Virus record (IMG/VR): IMGVR_UViG_3300024346_000004
Source of the DNA: a virus
Lineage: Duplodnaviria > Caudoviricetes
Length of the DNA: 64,000 nucleotides
Strand: one strand, 5' to 3'
Part shown: positions 8,367-15,981 of the stretch, in pieces
Numbering within the stretch: the stretch's first letter is position 1
How the letters are laid out: every line of letters starts with the position of its first letter
Notes under the pieces: generated by a model
Told to the model about the DNA's origin: nothing
Database searches by the model: none
What the model saw: only the letters and a program-made list of their open reading frames with translations
Position numbers and translations under genes: made by a program

Positions 8367-9282
8367 TTAAGATTTCTAATTTAGTAGCATGAATTACAGG
8401 ACGAACTAAAGTTAATTTCATAGCTTCATCTCTCATTACTTCATCTGTAAAATCTGCTTCGGACTTTACAGAATCAGTGTGGACAATTAATCTAAATCCC
8501 GCATCCTTGATTAGTTTTTGATATAGATAAAGAAGAGATGCGGATTTATTTTCTAAGACAAAGAAAGCCTTAAGATGAGAAGATAACCATTCTTGACCAC
8601 ATATTCCATCGCTCTTTGTAACAACCCAGTTCTCAGGATGCAAAAGAGCTAAATCATATCTAGTATCTAAAGATTTTACAGATTGGACAGCTGTTTCATC
8701 ATTAGTAGCTTTAATAACAACTTCTCCATTGAAGAAATCAATAATATTTTTAATACTAGACAATGGTTCTGAAATTGATCTCTTGTAAATATCCAAAGCA
8801 GAATCAAGAATGTTTTGTGCTTCTTCTAATTTATTTTCATCTAATAACTCAAGAAGTTTATAATGATCATCTAATCTTCCTGCTAGTGATTTAATATATT
8901 CTTCTACTTCTAATTCAGACATATAAATCATAGGGGATTCAGAATTATTAATTAGCTTAGGCTCTACAACACTAAATTTACATTCTGATTCAATTTGTAT
9001 TCTAAAATATCCCCAAGCTGCATGATCAATATTTAGAAATAATTCATGATGCAGATTACCGTTTTCAGCAAATAAATCTGTAGGAACAATCTGAAATGGG
9101 TTGTGTACATTAGTATCGCAAAGTCCTAGATTTACTGTTAAACCAGCTAATCTTTGTGCAATATGTACGAGATTTTTATTATCGTCAATCCAAGAGTAAA
9201 TACCAGCAGTTAGAGCTTTTTCAGTATCTATGGATTGACTATTCTTTTTCTTGAAGCTTACGCCATTACTAATATTGTTCAT
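8359..9282 (-). CDS. hypothetical protein
   Basis: 307 aa ORF with TATAAT 6 nt upstream of ATG. Confidence 0.7.
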   Translation of the reverse strand: MNNISNGVSFKKKNSQSIDTEKALTAGIYSWIDDNKNLVHIAQRLAGLTVNLGLCDTNVHNPFQIVPTDLFAENGNLHHELFLNIDHAAWGYFRIQIESECKFSVVEPKLINNSESPMIYMSELEVEEYIKSLAGRLDDHYKLLELLDENKLEEAQNILDSALDIYKRSISEPLSSIKNIIDFFNGEVVIKATNDETAVQSVKSLDTRYDLALLHPENWVVTKSDGICGQEWLSSHLKAFFVLENKSASLLYLYQKLIKDAGFRLIVHTDSVKSEADFTDEVMRDEAMKLTLVRPVIHATKLEILNG

Positions 9283-9300
9283 AGATATATTATACAGAGT

Positions 9301-9336
9301 TAAAAAGGAATGAGCAAGGTTAGACTTACCTTGCTC
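9301..9336 (-). terminator. intrinsic terminator closing the putative ncRNA
   Basis: 9-bp stem GAGCAAGGT/ACCTTGCTC (9312-9320/9328-9336) followed on the minus strand by ATTCCTTTTT. Confidence 0.7.
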
Positions 9337-10050
9337 TTATGATCTATTTAATGGGATTACATCACTCGCAAATATGATTTGCCCATTTGTCCACTATTAC
9401 TAGTAAGATCATACAGTGTCCTATTTATACTGGAGGCGGCCCAGTCTAATGTTGGTTTCCTAGTTATATCAGAACGTATACTCAATTGCGATGAATAAGG
9501 TTCTGAATTAAGATTTACACTTTTTTATTTATAGTTCCTGAATGTATTTCTTAAATGTTTCGACAGTCACTGCTTACTTCCAACACGAAACGAGTCTATT
9601 TATGGGTTACTAAATACGCTGATATTGCGATTACATACCCTACTCTACAAGAATGTGCTCGTTTTGTCACTTCTTCACAGAAATATGACACATTCCATGC
9701 CTTTCACTTTCACGAAGTTACCAGGCGTGATTTTGAGATTAATACGACTGTTATATCGTTTCACCTCTAATCATGCATAAAAGCCTTTTGCCGTGTACAT
9801 CAGACCTTTATACTACTCTTACTCTTCAGATTTCGATGTTCGCACAAATTAAGTATGATTGCTGCCACCTTAATTTACATCTTCAATCATAGTTCCACAT
9901 TCTATTGCAAAACCTTAGAGAGATGAGCTTGCTTGAATGACCCTGAGTTGGGCGGGAGCTGTAGAGAATAGCTTTATCCCTTTTTTCACACTCTACTATC
10001 TTACGATGTCAAGCCACCGAGAATCACTTATTCAATTTTCAAAGTACAAC
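9301..10050 (-). ncRNA. putative large structured ncRNA (~740 nt; GOLLD/ROOL size class, family unassigned)
   Basis: No credible ORF in an otherwise gene-dense genome; visibly higher GC; TATAAT upstream; terminator downstream; many perfect helices and GNRA loops (see findings). Confidence 0.7.
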
Positions 10051-10059
10051 ACTATTATA
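10029..10059 (-). promoter_or_regulatory. -10 box TATAAT (10059-10054) followed by boxA-like GTACTTTGAAAATTGAATA (10047-10029)
   Basis: Direct sequence; resembles the rRNA-operon antitermination boxA (GTTCTTTGAAAA type). Confidence 0.55.
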
Positions 10060-10081
10060 CATTATTCTTATTAAAATGCAT

Positions 10082-10429
10082 CTACACTTTTAAATGTTTT
10101 TTGCTATTAACACGAACAATATATTCGCTCCATCGTCTAGCCTCTTCTCCTCCGTACATTTTCCAAATCCAAGCTTCTTTTCTTTCTGGATCTGAAGGTA
10201 TTCTAAATCTATTCTTAGCAGTGTATTCGTGAATATCAATAATATCTGATAACTTCATCATATTTTGCATTGCTAATATTCTAGATAATTCCAACTGTTT
10301 TGAAGAACAATAATTTCTATTATTTCTTCCCCAATCATAACCTTCTTGAGCAATTTTTTGAACATTAGATGGAACAATGAATTTTTCAGATAAATTTTCC
10401 GCTGTTCTATAGAGCTTATTATTGTACAT
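10082..10429 (-). CDS. phage head-associated-like small domain protein
   Basis: P..V...A..G..W...WKMYGGEEARRW resembles the 'AW.LWGGDAG.RW' domain of phage head-morphogenesis regions; starts MYNNKLYRTA; late-type promoter upstream. Confidence 0.55.
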   Translation of the reverse strand: MYNNKLYRTAENLSEKFIVPSNVQKIAQEGYDWGRNNRNYCSSKQLELSRILAMQNMMKLSDIIDIHEYTAKNRFRIPSDPERKEAWIWKMYGGEEARRWSEYIVRVNSKKHLKV

Positions 10430-10438
10430 ATTGTTATT

Positions 10439-10492
10439 TTCTAGAAGAATGTTATATTACCTTTTAAAGGTTCATATATTATTGTAGAAGAA
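10439..10492. promoter_or_regulatory. back-to-back divergent AGG-N17/18-AGAA promoters
   Basis: Minus: AGG 10462-10460, AGAA from 10442 (ATG 10429). Plus: AGG 10468-10470, AGAA 10489 (SD GGAGA, ATG 10526). Confidence 0.65.
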
Positions 10493-10525
10493 ATATTAGA
10501 TTATATTGTTTTTGGAGATTTAGAA

Positions 10526-10828
10526 ATGCTTAATAAATTAGCTTCTATTGCTAACGATTTAGATAATTATGGTATGTACAAGGAAGCGAATGAAATCACT
10601 TCTGTAATGAAGAGACTGTCCGGAATTTTTGATAAAAACGAAGATGTTGATTATCTTGCCATGGCTCATGCACTTAATAATGTTGCTAAAAATGAAGGTT
10701 GGCAAAACTTTAGAGAAAATTATTATGTTGATGGCCAATTCAAAGCTCAACAGTTAGCTAGAGAATTAGAACAAGTAAAAGCAAAAAATCTTTCTGAAGC
10801 GGAAGAAATGCTTAGATCGGAAGAATAA
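10526..10828 (+). CDS. long-leader hypothetical protein
   Basis: LASIANDLDNYGMYKEANEITSVMKRLS leader. Confidence 0.75.
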   Translation: MLNKLASIANDLDNYGMYKEANEITSVMKRLSGIFDKNEDVDYLAMAHALNNVAKNEGWQNFRENYYVDGQFKAQQLARELEQVKAKNLSEAEEMLRSEE

Positions 10829-11416
10829 ATGGCTACTATTGAAGATTTAGCAGATTTAGCATTAGAATTAGATAATAATAGTGCTCATAGATTAGCAGAT
10901 AAAATTACTTTAGCAATGAACAAATTTGCTAATGAAGATTGGGACCATGAATACGATATGGTCAGAAATGAAATGGAAACTGCTAAAAGAGCTATTGAAG
11001 GCATTGAAGATGTAGTGGGCGAAGATGGCGAAGGGAATTTGATGGCTTGGGTACAGTCTAAAATTTCTAATGCTGTTCAAATGCTAAAAGGTGTCTCTGA
11101 TTATTTAGTCAGCGAAGAAACTGTTGGTCAGAAAACAGCTGCTAAAAATGATGGCAAGAAACTAAACAAGCCTTTCAGAACTCCGGGTGGTCCTAAAAAG
11201 TTCTCTGTTTATGTAAAGAACGATAAGGGTAATATCATTAAGGTTAATTTTGGCTCGCCAGACATGGAAATTAAAAGAGACGACCCAGAACGTAGAAAAA
11301 ATTTCAGAGCCAGGCATAATTGTGACAATCCAGGTAAAAAGTGGAAAGCTCGTTGGTGGTCATGTCGCAATTGGGAAGCTGGGAGATCTGTATCTGACAA
11401 TCTTAAGGGTAAATAA
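10829..11416 (+). CDS. long-leader protein with DHE..M/AWVQSKI module and basic C-terminal DUF6321-like domain
   Basis: KLNKPFRTPGGPKKFSVYVKN...VNFG...RRKNFRARHNC...ARWWSC.W, a recurrent domain in large phages. Confidence 0.75.
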   Translation: MATIEDLADLALELDNNSAHRLADKITLAMNKFANEDWDHEYDMVRNEMETAKRAIEGIEDVVGEDGEGNLMAWVQSKISNAVQMLKGVSDYLVSEETVGQKTAAKNDGKKLNKPFRTPGGPKKFSVYVKNDKGNIIKVNFGSPDMEIKRDDPERRKNFRARHNCDNPGKKWKARWWSCRNWEAGRSVSDNLKGK

Positions 11417-12117
11417 TGAGAAAGTTTCATTATTTATATAAAATTACTAACAATATCAATGGTAAATATTATATTGGAAGACATTCAACAGATAATATAA
11501 ATGATGATTATTTTGGGAGTGGCATTGGAATTATCAATGCAATCAATAAATATGGCAAAGAAAATTTCAGTAAAGAAATTTTATATCAATGCGAAACTAC
11601 AGAAGAGCTTTGGGATCTCGAAAGAAAAGTTGTAAATGCTGAAGTTGTAAATGATAAAAATTCCTACAATATGGCATTTGGCGGCGGAAATCATTTGAAA
11701 GAAATGAAACAAAATGATTATAAATCATTTTTAGAACATCAAAGTAATGCCGGTAAAAAAGGCGGTAAAGCTATAATTGAAAAATATGGAAAAGAATGGC
11801 ATGCAAAAGGTGGTGCTAAATCTAGAAGTATTTTAAATGCCAAATTTTTATACCATTTGATAACTCCAAATAATGATGTTATTGAATTGAGTGCATTAAA
11901 TTTACGAACATATTGTGAACAAAATAATCTCAATTATCAAACTCTCATCAGTAATCAAGATAAAACTTTTTCAAAAGGCTCATGTGCAGGGTATTGTTTG
12001 ATTAACATATCTAAGCCTTATGAAAATAAAACAGATAAAAAAGTATATATCCAAAATGCTCTAAACAGACCAAGATATACCTGCCCTATTTGTGATAAAG
12101 ACAATCTTGACGGCTGA
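11416..12117 (+). CDS. GIY-YIG (Seg-like) free-standing homing endonuclease; C-terminal C2H2 finger interrupted by TGA (frame reopens to 12195)
   Basis: YLYKITNNINGKYYIGRHST...Y.GSG...KYGKENF.KEIL...E...YN. Confidence 0.85.
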   Translation: MRKFHYLYKITNNINGKYYIGRHSTDNINDDYFGSGIGIINAINKYGKENFSKEILYQCETTEELWDLERKVVNAEVVNDKNSYNMAFGGGNHLKEMKQNDYKSFLEHQSNAGKKGGKAIIEKYGKEWHAKGGAKSRSILNAKFLYHLITPNNDVIELSALNLRTYCEQNNLNYQTLISNQDKTFSKGSCAGYCLINISKPYENKTDKKVYIQNALNRPRYTCPICDKDNLDG

Positions 12118-12204
12118 AATCTAACCATCCATATGACAGCAAAACATCTATGGACAAAAGAACAAGTTATAAACTTTAAAAATAGTACAAAGTAGAATAT
12201 TTTA

Positions 12205-13011
12205 ATGAATTACAAGCAATACCTTAAACTAGCATCAAATTTAGATAAGACTGGTCAATATAAAAGATCAGATTATATTTTTAACTTGGTTTTATCACAA
12301 ACACAAGATGATGAAGAAAATTACGATGACGAAGATGATTTAGAAGATGATGACAATACTCCTCATGAGATAATTCATCCGACACCTGTATTTTTTAATG
12401 CTGCCACTAATCAACCAGTAATGCATGAAGGAAAATATTTAGCAGCTTTACCTTTTGATCAAGATCTTCCTGAAATAAGAGGAAAAGTTAAAGCTATGAC
12501 TGGTTTAGAAAATCTAACAATTGTCAGAATACCAGTAAATATTTTAATTGTTGAATGGGTGCGTTCAGAATCAGATGCTCGCAAAACTCAAGAATTAGAA
12601 GATGCTTTAGCTTCCGGAATAGAAGATATTGGTGATTTCGGATTCTTGTTAATGATCAATGAAAACATTTTAGATGTCAAAGGTAAAGATTTAGTCTTTT
12701 CTTCTGAATCTGATGCATATGGTTTTGGAAGAGTTATAGCTGAACATTATAAAAGAGCCGGTAGAGAGATGGAAATATCTGTTGCTCCTGTCGCAGTGTC
12801 TTTAATGGATGCAAAAGAAGAAGGAATGTCATTGCCTGAAATGTATGGTGATGATGAATTTATCTTTGTTAGCAATTCATCATTCAAAGCTACTGAAATA
12901 CCAGAAACTATGGCTGATTTGAAAGATGAATTATTCCATTTATCAATGGTAAGAACATATACAGTTGATAGACTACAAAGAGAAAAACTCGGCGACTATG
13001 ATTTTGAATAG
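12205..13011 (+). CDS. long-leader acidic hypothetical protein
   Basis: LKLASNLDKTGQYKRSDYIFNLVLSQ, then a D/E-rich tract. Confidence 0.7.
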   Translation: MNYKQYLKLASNLDKTGQYKRSDYIFNLVLSQTQDDEENYDDEDDLEDDDNTPHEIIHPTPVFFNAATNQPVMHEGKYLAALPFDQDLPEIRGKVKAMTGLENLTIVRIPVNILIVEWVRSESDARKTQELEDALASGIEDIGDFGFLLMINENILDVKGKDLVFSSESDAYGFGRVIAEHYKRAGREMEISVAPVAVSLMDAKEEGMSLPEMYGDDEFIFVSNSSFKATEIPETMADLKDELFHLSMVRTYTVDRLQREKLGDYDFE

Positions 13012-13024
13012 AAAGCATAAATAG

Positions 13025-13050
13025 AAAAGAGGACTGAAAAGTCCTCTTTT
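13025..13050. terminator. bidirectional intrinsic terminator
   Basis: aaaagaggact-gaaa-agtcctctttt. Confidence 0.85.
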
Positions 13051-13051
13051 T

Positions 13052-13561
13052 TTATCTCACCAAATAATAGTCCCAATATTCGCTATCTTTTTCTTTATAT
13101 GAGCACAATAAATGATAAAAAGAATATACAGGCAGGTTAGGTTTAGAAAGTAGTCTCATTCCGCTTTTTTCTAGCGTTTTTCCAGCTTTCTTGATATTAC
13201 AGGATCTACAACAAGTGACAAGATTATCCCAAGTATGATTTCCACCTAAATGCCTGGGATAAACATGGTCTAAAGTTAAATCAATATTTCTAATACCGCA
13301 ATATTGACATGTGTAATTATCTCTGCCATAAATTCCACCTCTACTAACTTTAAAGCTGGTGTTATGTTTACGGCGGACATTGTGTTTTAATCTTATGACA
13401 GAAGGAACTGAGTAGCGATCACCATTACCAGAATAAAAATATTTATGATCCTTATAATGTAATGTTTCTGCTTTGTCATTTATAAGCAATTTAATAGCTC
13501 TAGGCAAATCACAAATATTTAAAGGTTCATAATCCAAATTAAGTAATAATACTCTGTTCAT
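13052..13561 (-). CDS. HNH endonuclease (McrA-like)
   Basis: VLLLN.DYEPL, RDNYTCQYCG, TLDHVYPRHLGG..TWDNLVTCC..CN..K; TTGACA and TACAAT boxes upstream. Confidence 0.92.
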   Translation of the reverse strand: MNRVLLLNLDYEPLNICDLPRAIKLLINDKAETLHYKDHKYFYSGNGDRYSVPSVIRLKHNVRRKHNTSFKVSRGGIYGRDNYTCQYCGIRNIDLTLDHVYPRHLGGNHTWDNLVTCCRSCNIKKAGKTLEKSGMRLLSKPNLPVYSFYHLLCSYKEKDSEYWDYYLVR

Positions 13562-13613
13562 AAAATTCTTTCAGATAGCATATTGTATACCAATATAATG
13601 GCAATGTCAAATA

Positions 13614-13638
13614 AGGTTACAAATAATTTTACATAGAA
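13614..13638 (+). promoter_or_regulatory. putative phage late promoter AGG-N18-AGAA
   Basis: AGG 34 nt before ATG 13648. Confidence 0.65.
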
Positions 13639-13647
13639 AAAATAAGT

Positions 13648-13923
13648 ATGGATACTAATAACTTACTCAATGATTTAAATCATATCATTACATTACTGGA
13701 AAATGATGGAAATATTGTTGTTGCTAATGATTTACAAGATGTATTTGTAAAGATAGCAAAGAAGAAACCAGCAAAGAAAAATAATGTTCCTAATGATCCA
13801 GAACTTTATTCTCGTTGTAAATCAGAAGTAAAGAAGAAATTTAAAATTTGGCCTTCTGCTTATGGATCTGCAGCTTTGGTTCGCCTTTATAAACAAAGAG
13901 GCGGAACTTATAAAAAGAGTTAA
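13648..13923 (+). CDS. long-leader small basic protein (DUF5872-like)
   Basis: Leader ending FVKIAK; P.DPELY...K.EVKKKFK.WPSAY.S..LV..YK.RGG.Y. Confidence 0.7.
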   Translation: MDTNNLLNDLNHIITLLENDGNIVVANDLQDVFVKIAKKKPAKKNNVPNDPELYSRCKSEVKKKFKIWPSAYGSAALVRLYKQRGGTYKKS

Positions 13924-13928
13924 ATATC

Positions 13929-14306
13929 ATGAGTAAATGGATTAAAGTAGATGAAGATACTGAATTCACTAAAGAAGCTGATTTAAAAGATTGGTTTAAA
14001 GAAAAATGGGTAGATGTCTCAAGACCTAAGAAAAAAGGTAAGGGATATGAACCTTGTGGAAGAGGCGATACATCAAAAGGTAAAAAGCCTGTATGTACCC
14101 CTGCTAATAAGGCGAAAAACTTAACAGATAAAGAACGTAAAACTAGAATCCGCCAAAAAAGAAAAAAAGAAAAAGAACCTAATCCTGATAAAAAACCTAA
14201 CACCACCACATATACAGAAAATGCGGGTGGTAAATCTAATGTATCAAATAATCACAATATTAAATTTGTTGGTAGTACGATTGATCTTAACAACGAAAGT
14301 AAATAA
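13929..14306 (+). CDS. small basic protein (L..WFKEKWVD..CGR..P.C.P domain)
   Basis: Domain recurrent in large phages; N-terminus MSKWIKV shared with 15505. Confidence 0.7.
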   Translation: MSKWIKVDEDTEFTKEADLKDWFKEKWVDVSRPKKKGKGYEPCGRGDTSKGKKPVCTPANKAKNLTDKERKTRIRQKRKKEKEPNPDKKPNTTTYTENAGGKSNVSNNHNIKFVGSTIDLNNESK

Positions 14307-14308
14307 TC

Positions 14309-15502
14309 ATGCATCTTGTTTTTAAAAAATTAGCAGAAATTGAAAAGAAGAATTTATTTTCTTATGCAGATTATGTATTTAATAGAATAGCTCAAGTAGA
14401 TGTACCGGAAGAATTAGATGAGATTAGTAATGATATTGATACTGATTTATCTGATAATGAAATTGATCCTATAAAGTTAAATAAAATAAATCAATTAATA
14501 GAAGCTACAAAATTCCATTTATTATCTGTTGGAAATGATGCAAAAACCCCTAAAGGACTAAAATCAGGCTATATTACAGCTATTTTATATCTTGAACCAG
14601 GCGCATCTCAAATTTATAATATGGATGAATTTGATCAATATAAATTAGAGAATAAAAAATCAGGTCTAAGTACAACACAATTATGGGAAAAGTTTAAAAA
14701 AGATAATACACCTCATGCTACTAAAACAACCTGTACACATGCTTCTCCACAATGTTTAAAAGATTGTATTTATCACACAGGTAGAGGCGGGATTGATAAT
14801 GTTCAAGCTAGTAGAGAAATGAAAACTAGCAGAATGTTTCATCCAGCAACAAAAGATTTTTCAAATAAAATATTAGAAGTAGATATTAGAAATTTAATAT
14901 CCCTATGCCATAATCTAAATACAGTATTTGATTTAAATGTAAAGCCAGTAGTTAGGTTAAACGGAACCACTGATATTAACTGGGCTAAAGAAGCAGCACA
15001 TTTACATGAAAAATTTTCTGATGTAACATTCTATGATTATACTAAAGTTCCTAAATTTATGGATATGTATTTAAAAGGCCAAAATCCATATACAGGCAAG
15101 CCATTTAATCCTAACTATCATATGACATTCTCTAGATCTGAATCAAACAAATCACAAGCTCTTAACTTTCTTGAAAGAGGCGGTAATGTAGCTATTGTGT
15201 TTGATCAAATTCCAGATACTTTAACCTATCATGGAAAGACATACAGAGTTGTTAATGGAGATAGACATGACCTTAGATTTCTTGATGATATTGAAGGTGA
15301 AAAAATACCAGGAGAAGGTCTAGTTATTGGATTAAAATATAAAAGACCTATTGGAACAGAACGAAGACAAAAAAGAGTAGATAGACAAAAAGAAATTTCT
15401 CCATTATTTAAAAAGCTAAATATGGAATCCGAAGGTAGTAGTGTGCATGAAGAACCTTTTGTAATTATTACTAATGGAGAAAAGAATGTGGTAATCGGAT
15501 AA
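14309..15502 (+). CDS. Gp88-family protein with long leader
   Basis: ILYLEP, CTHASPQCLKDC..HTGRG, VRLNGTTDI.W, FYDYTK, NYHMTFSRSE, NGD.HDLRFLD. Confidence 0.75.
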   Translation: MHLVFKKLAEIEKKNLFSYADYVFNRIAQVDVPEELDEISNDIDTDLSDNEIDPIKLNKINQLIEATKFHLLSVGNDAKTPKGLKSGYITAILYLEPGASQIYNMDEFDQYKLENKKSGLSTTQLWEKFKKDNTPHATKTTCTHASPQCLKDCIYHTGRGGIDNVQASREMKTSRMFHPATKDFSNKILEVDIRNLISLCHNLNTVFDLNVKPVVRLNGTTDINWAKEAAHLHEKFSDVTFYDYTKVPKFMDMYLKGQNPYTGKPFNPNYHMTFSRSESNKSQALNFLERGGNVAIVFDQIPDTLTYHGKTYRVVNGDRHDLRFLDDIEGEKIPGEGLVIGLKYKRPIGTERRQKRVDRQKEISPLFKKLNMESEGSSVHEEPFVIITNGEKNVVIG

Positions 15503-15504
15503 TT

Positions 15505-15954
15505 ATGAGTAAATGGATTAAAGTTTCACAAGTAAATACTACTTATGCATATTATATAAATACCGCTAAAAAGATGCTTATGTCAGGTGATAAAACTGGA
15601 GCGGATACTGTAATGAATCAAGCCTACGGGGATGCTAGACTAAGCGATCCGGAAAAAGCTTCTATAAAAGCTCAATATGCTAGTATGTTAAATACAAATA
15701 GAGATCTCGGTAACATGAGTAACCTGAGCGCTAATATTAATGTTGATCAAGTAGCTAATGATTTAATTGCTGGTATTGCTAAGAAAAATGGAATTGATTT
15801 GACCTCTCTTACTGATAGAGATCCTAAATATAATATTCTAGTTAGTGGTATTGCTAGAATGAATCCAAAAGATCAAAAAGTTGTGAATTTTGCTAATAAC
15901 AGATTACGACAAATTGTAATGGATAACTGGCAGAAACAAAAGCCTCAACAATAA
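15505..15954 (+). CDS. hypothetical protein with short leader MSKWIKVSQ
   Basis: ORF; last gene of the operon before a terminator. Confidence 0.7.
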   Translation: MSKWIKVSQVNTTYAYYINTAKKMLMSGDKTGADTVMNQAYGDARLSDPEKASIKAQYASMLNTNRDLGNMSNLSANINVDQVANDLIAGIAKKNGIDLTSLTDRDPKYNILVSGIARMNPKDQKVVNFANNRLRQIVMDNWQKQKPQQ

Positions 15955-15957
15955 AAG

Positions 15958-15981
15958 AAAGCCTCCTTTTTAGGAGGCTTT
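15958..15981. terminator. bidirectional intrinsic terminator
   Basis: aaagcctcct-tttt-aggaggcttt. Confidence 0.85.

Noticed and set aside
9555-9770. 71-aa + strand ORF inside the putative ncRNA
   Set aside because: No SD or promoter, no recognisable protein features, and it is antisense to a region better explained by RNA helices.
11416-12195. Group I intron around the GIY-YIG gene
   Set aside because: The ORF abuts intact flanking genes (1-nt overlap upstream, 9-nt gap after the extended frame), leaving no room for a ribozyme core; treated as free-standing.
12164-12204. Late promoter upstream of 12205 (also examined 44495 and 20465)
   Set aside because: An AGAA-like box is present but AGG is not at the expected spacing, or the reverse; not counted as motif instances.
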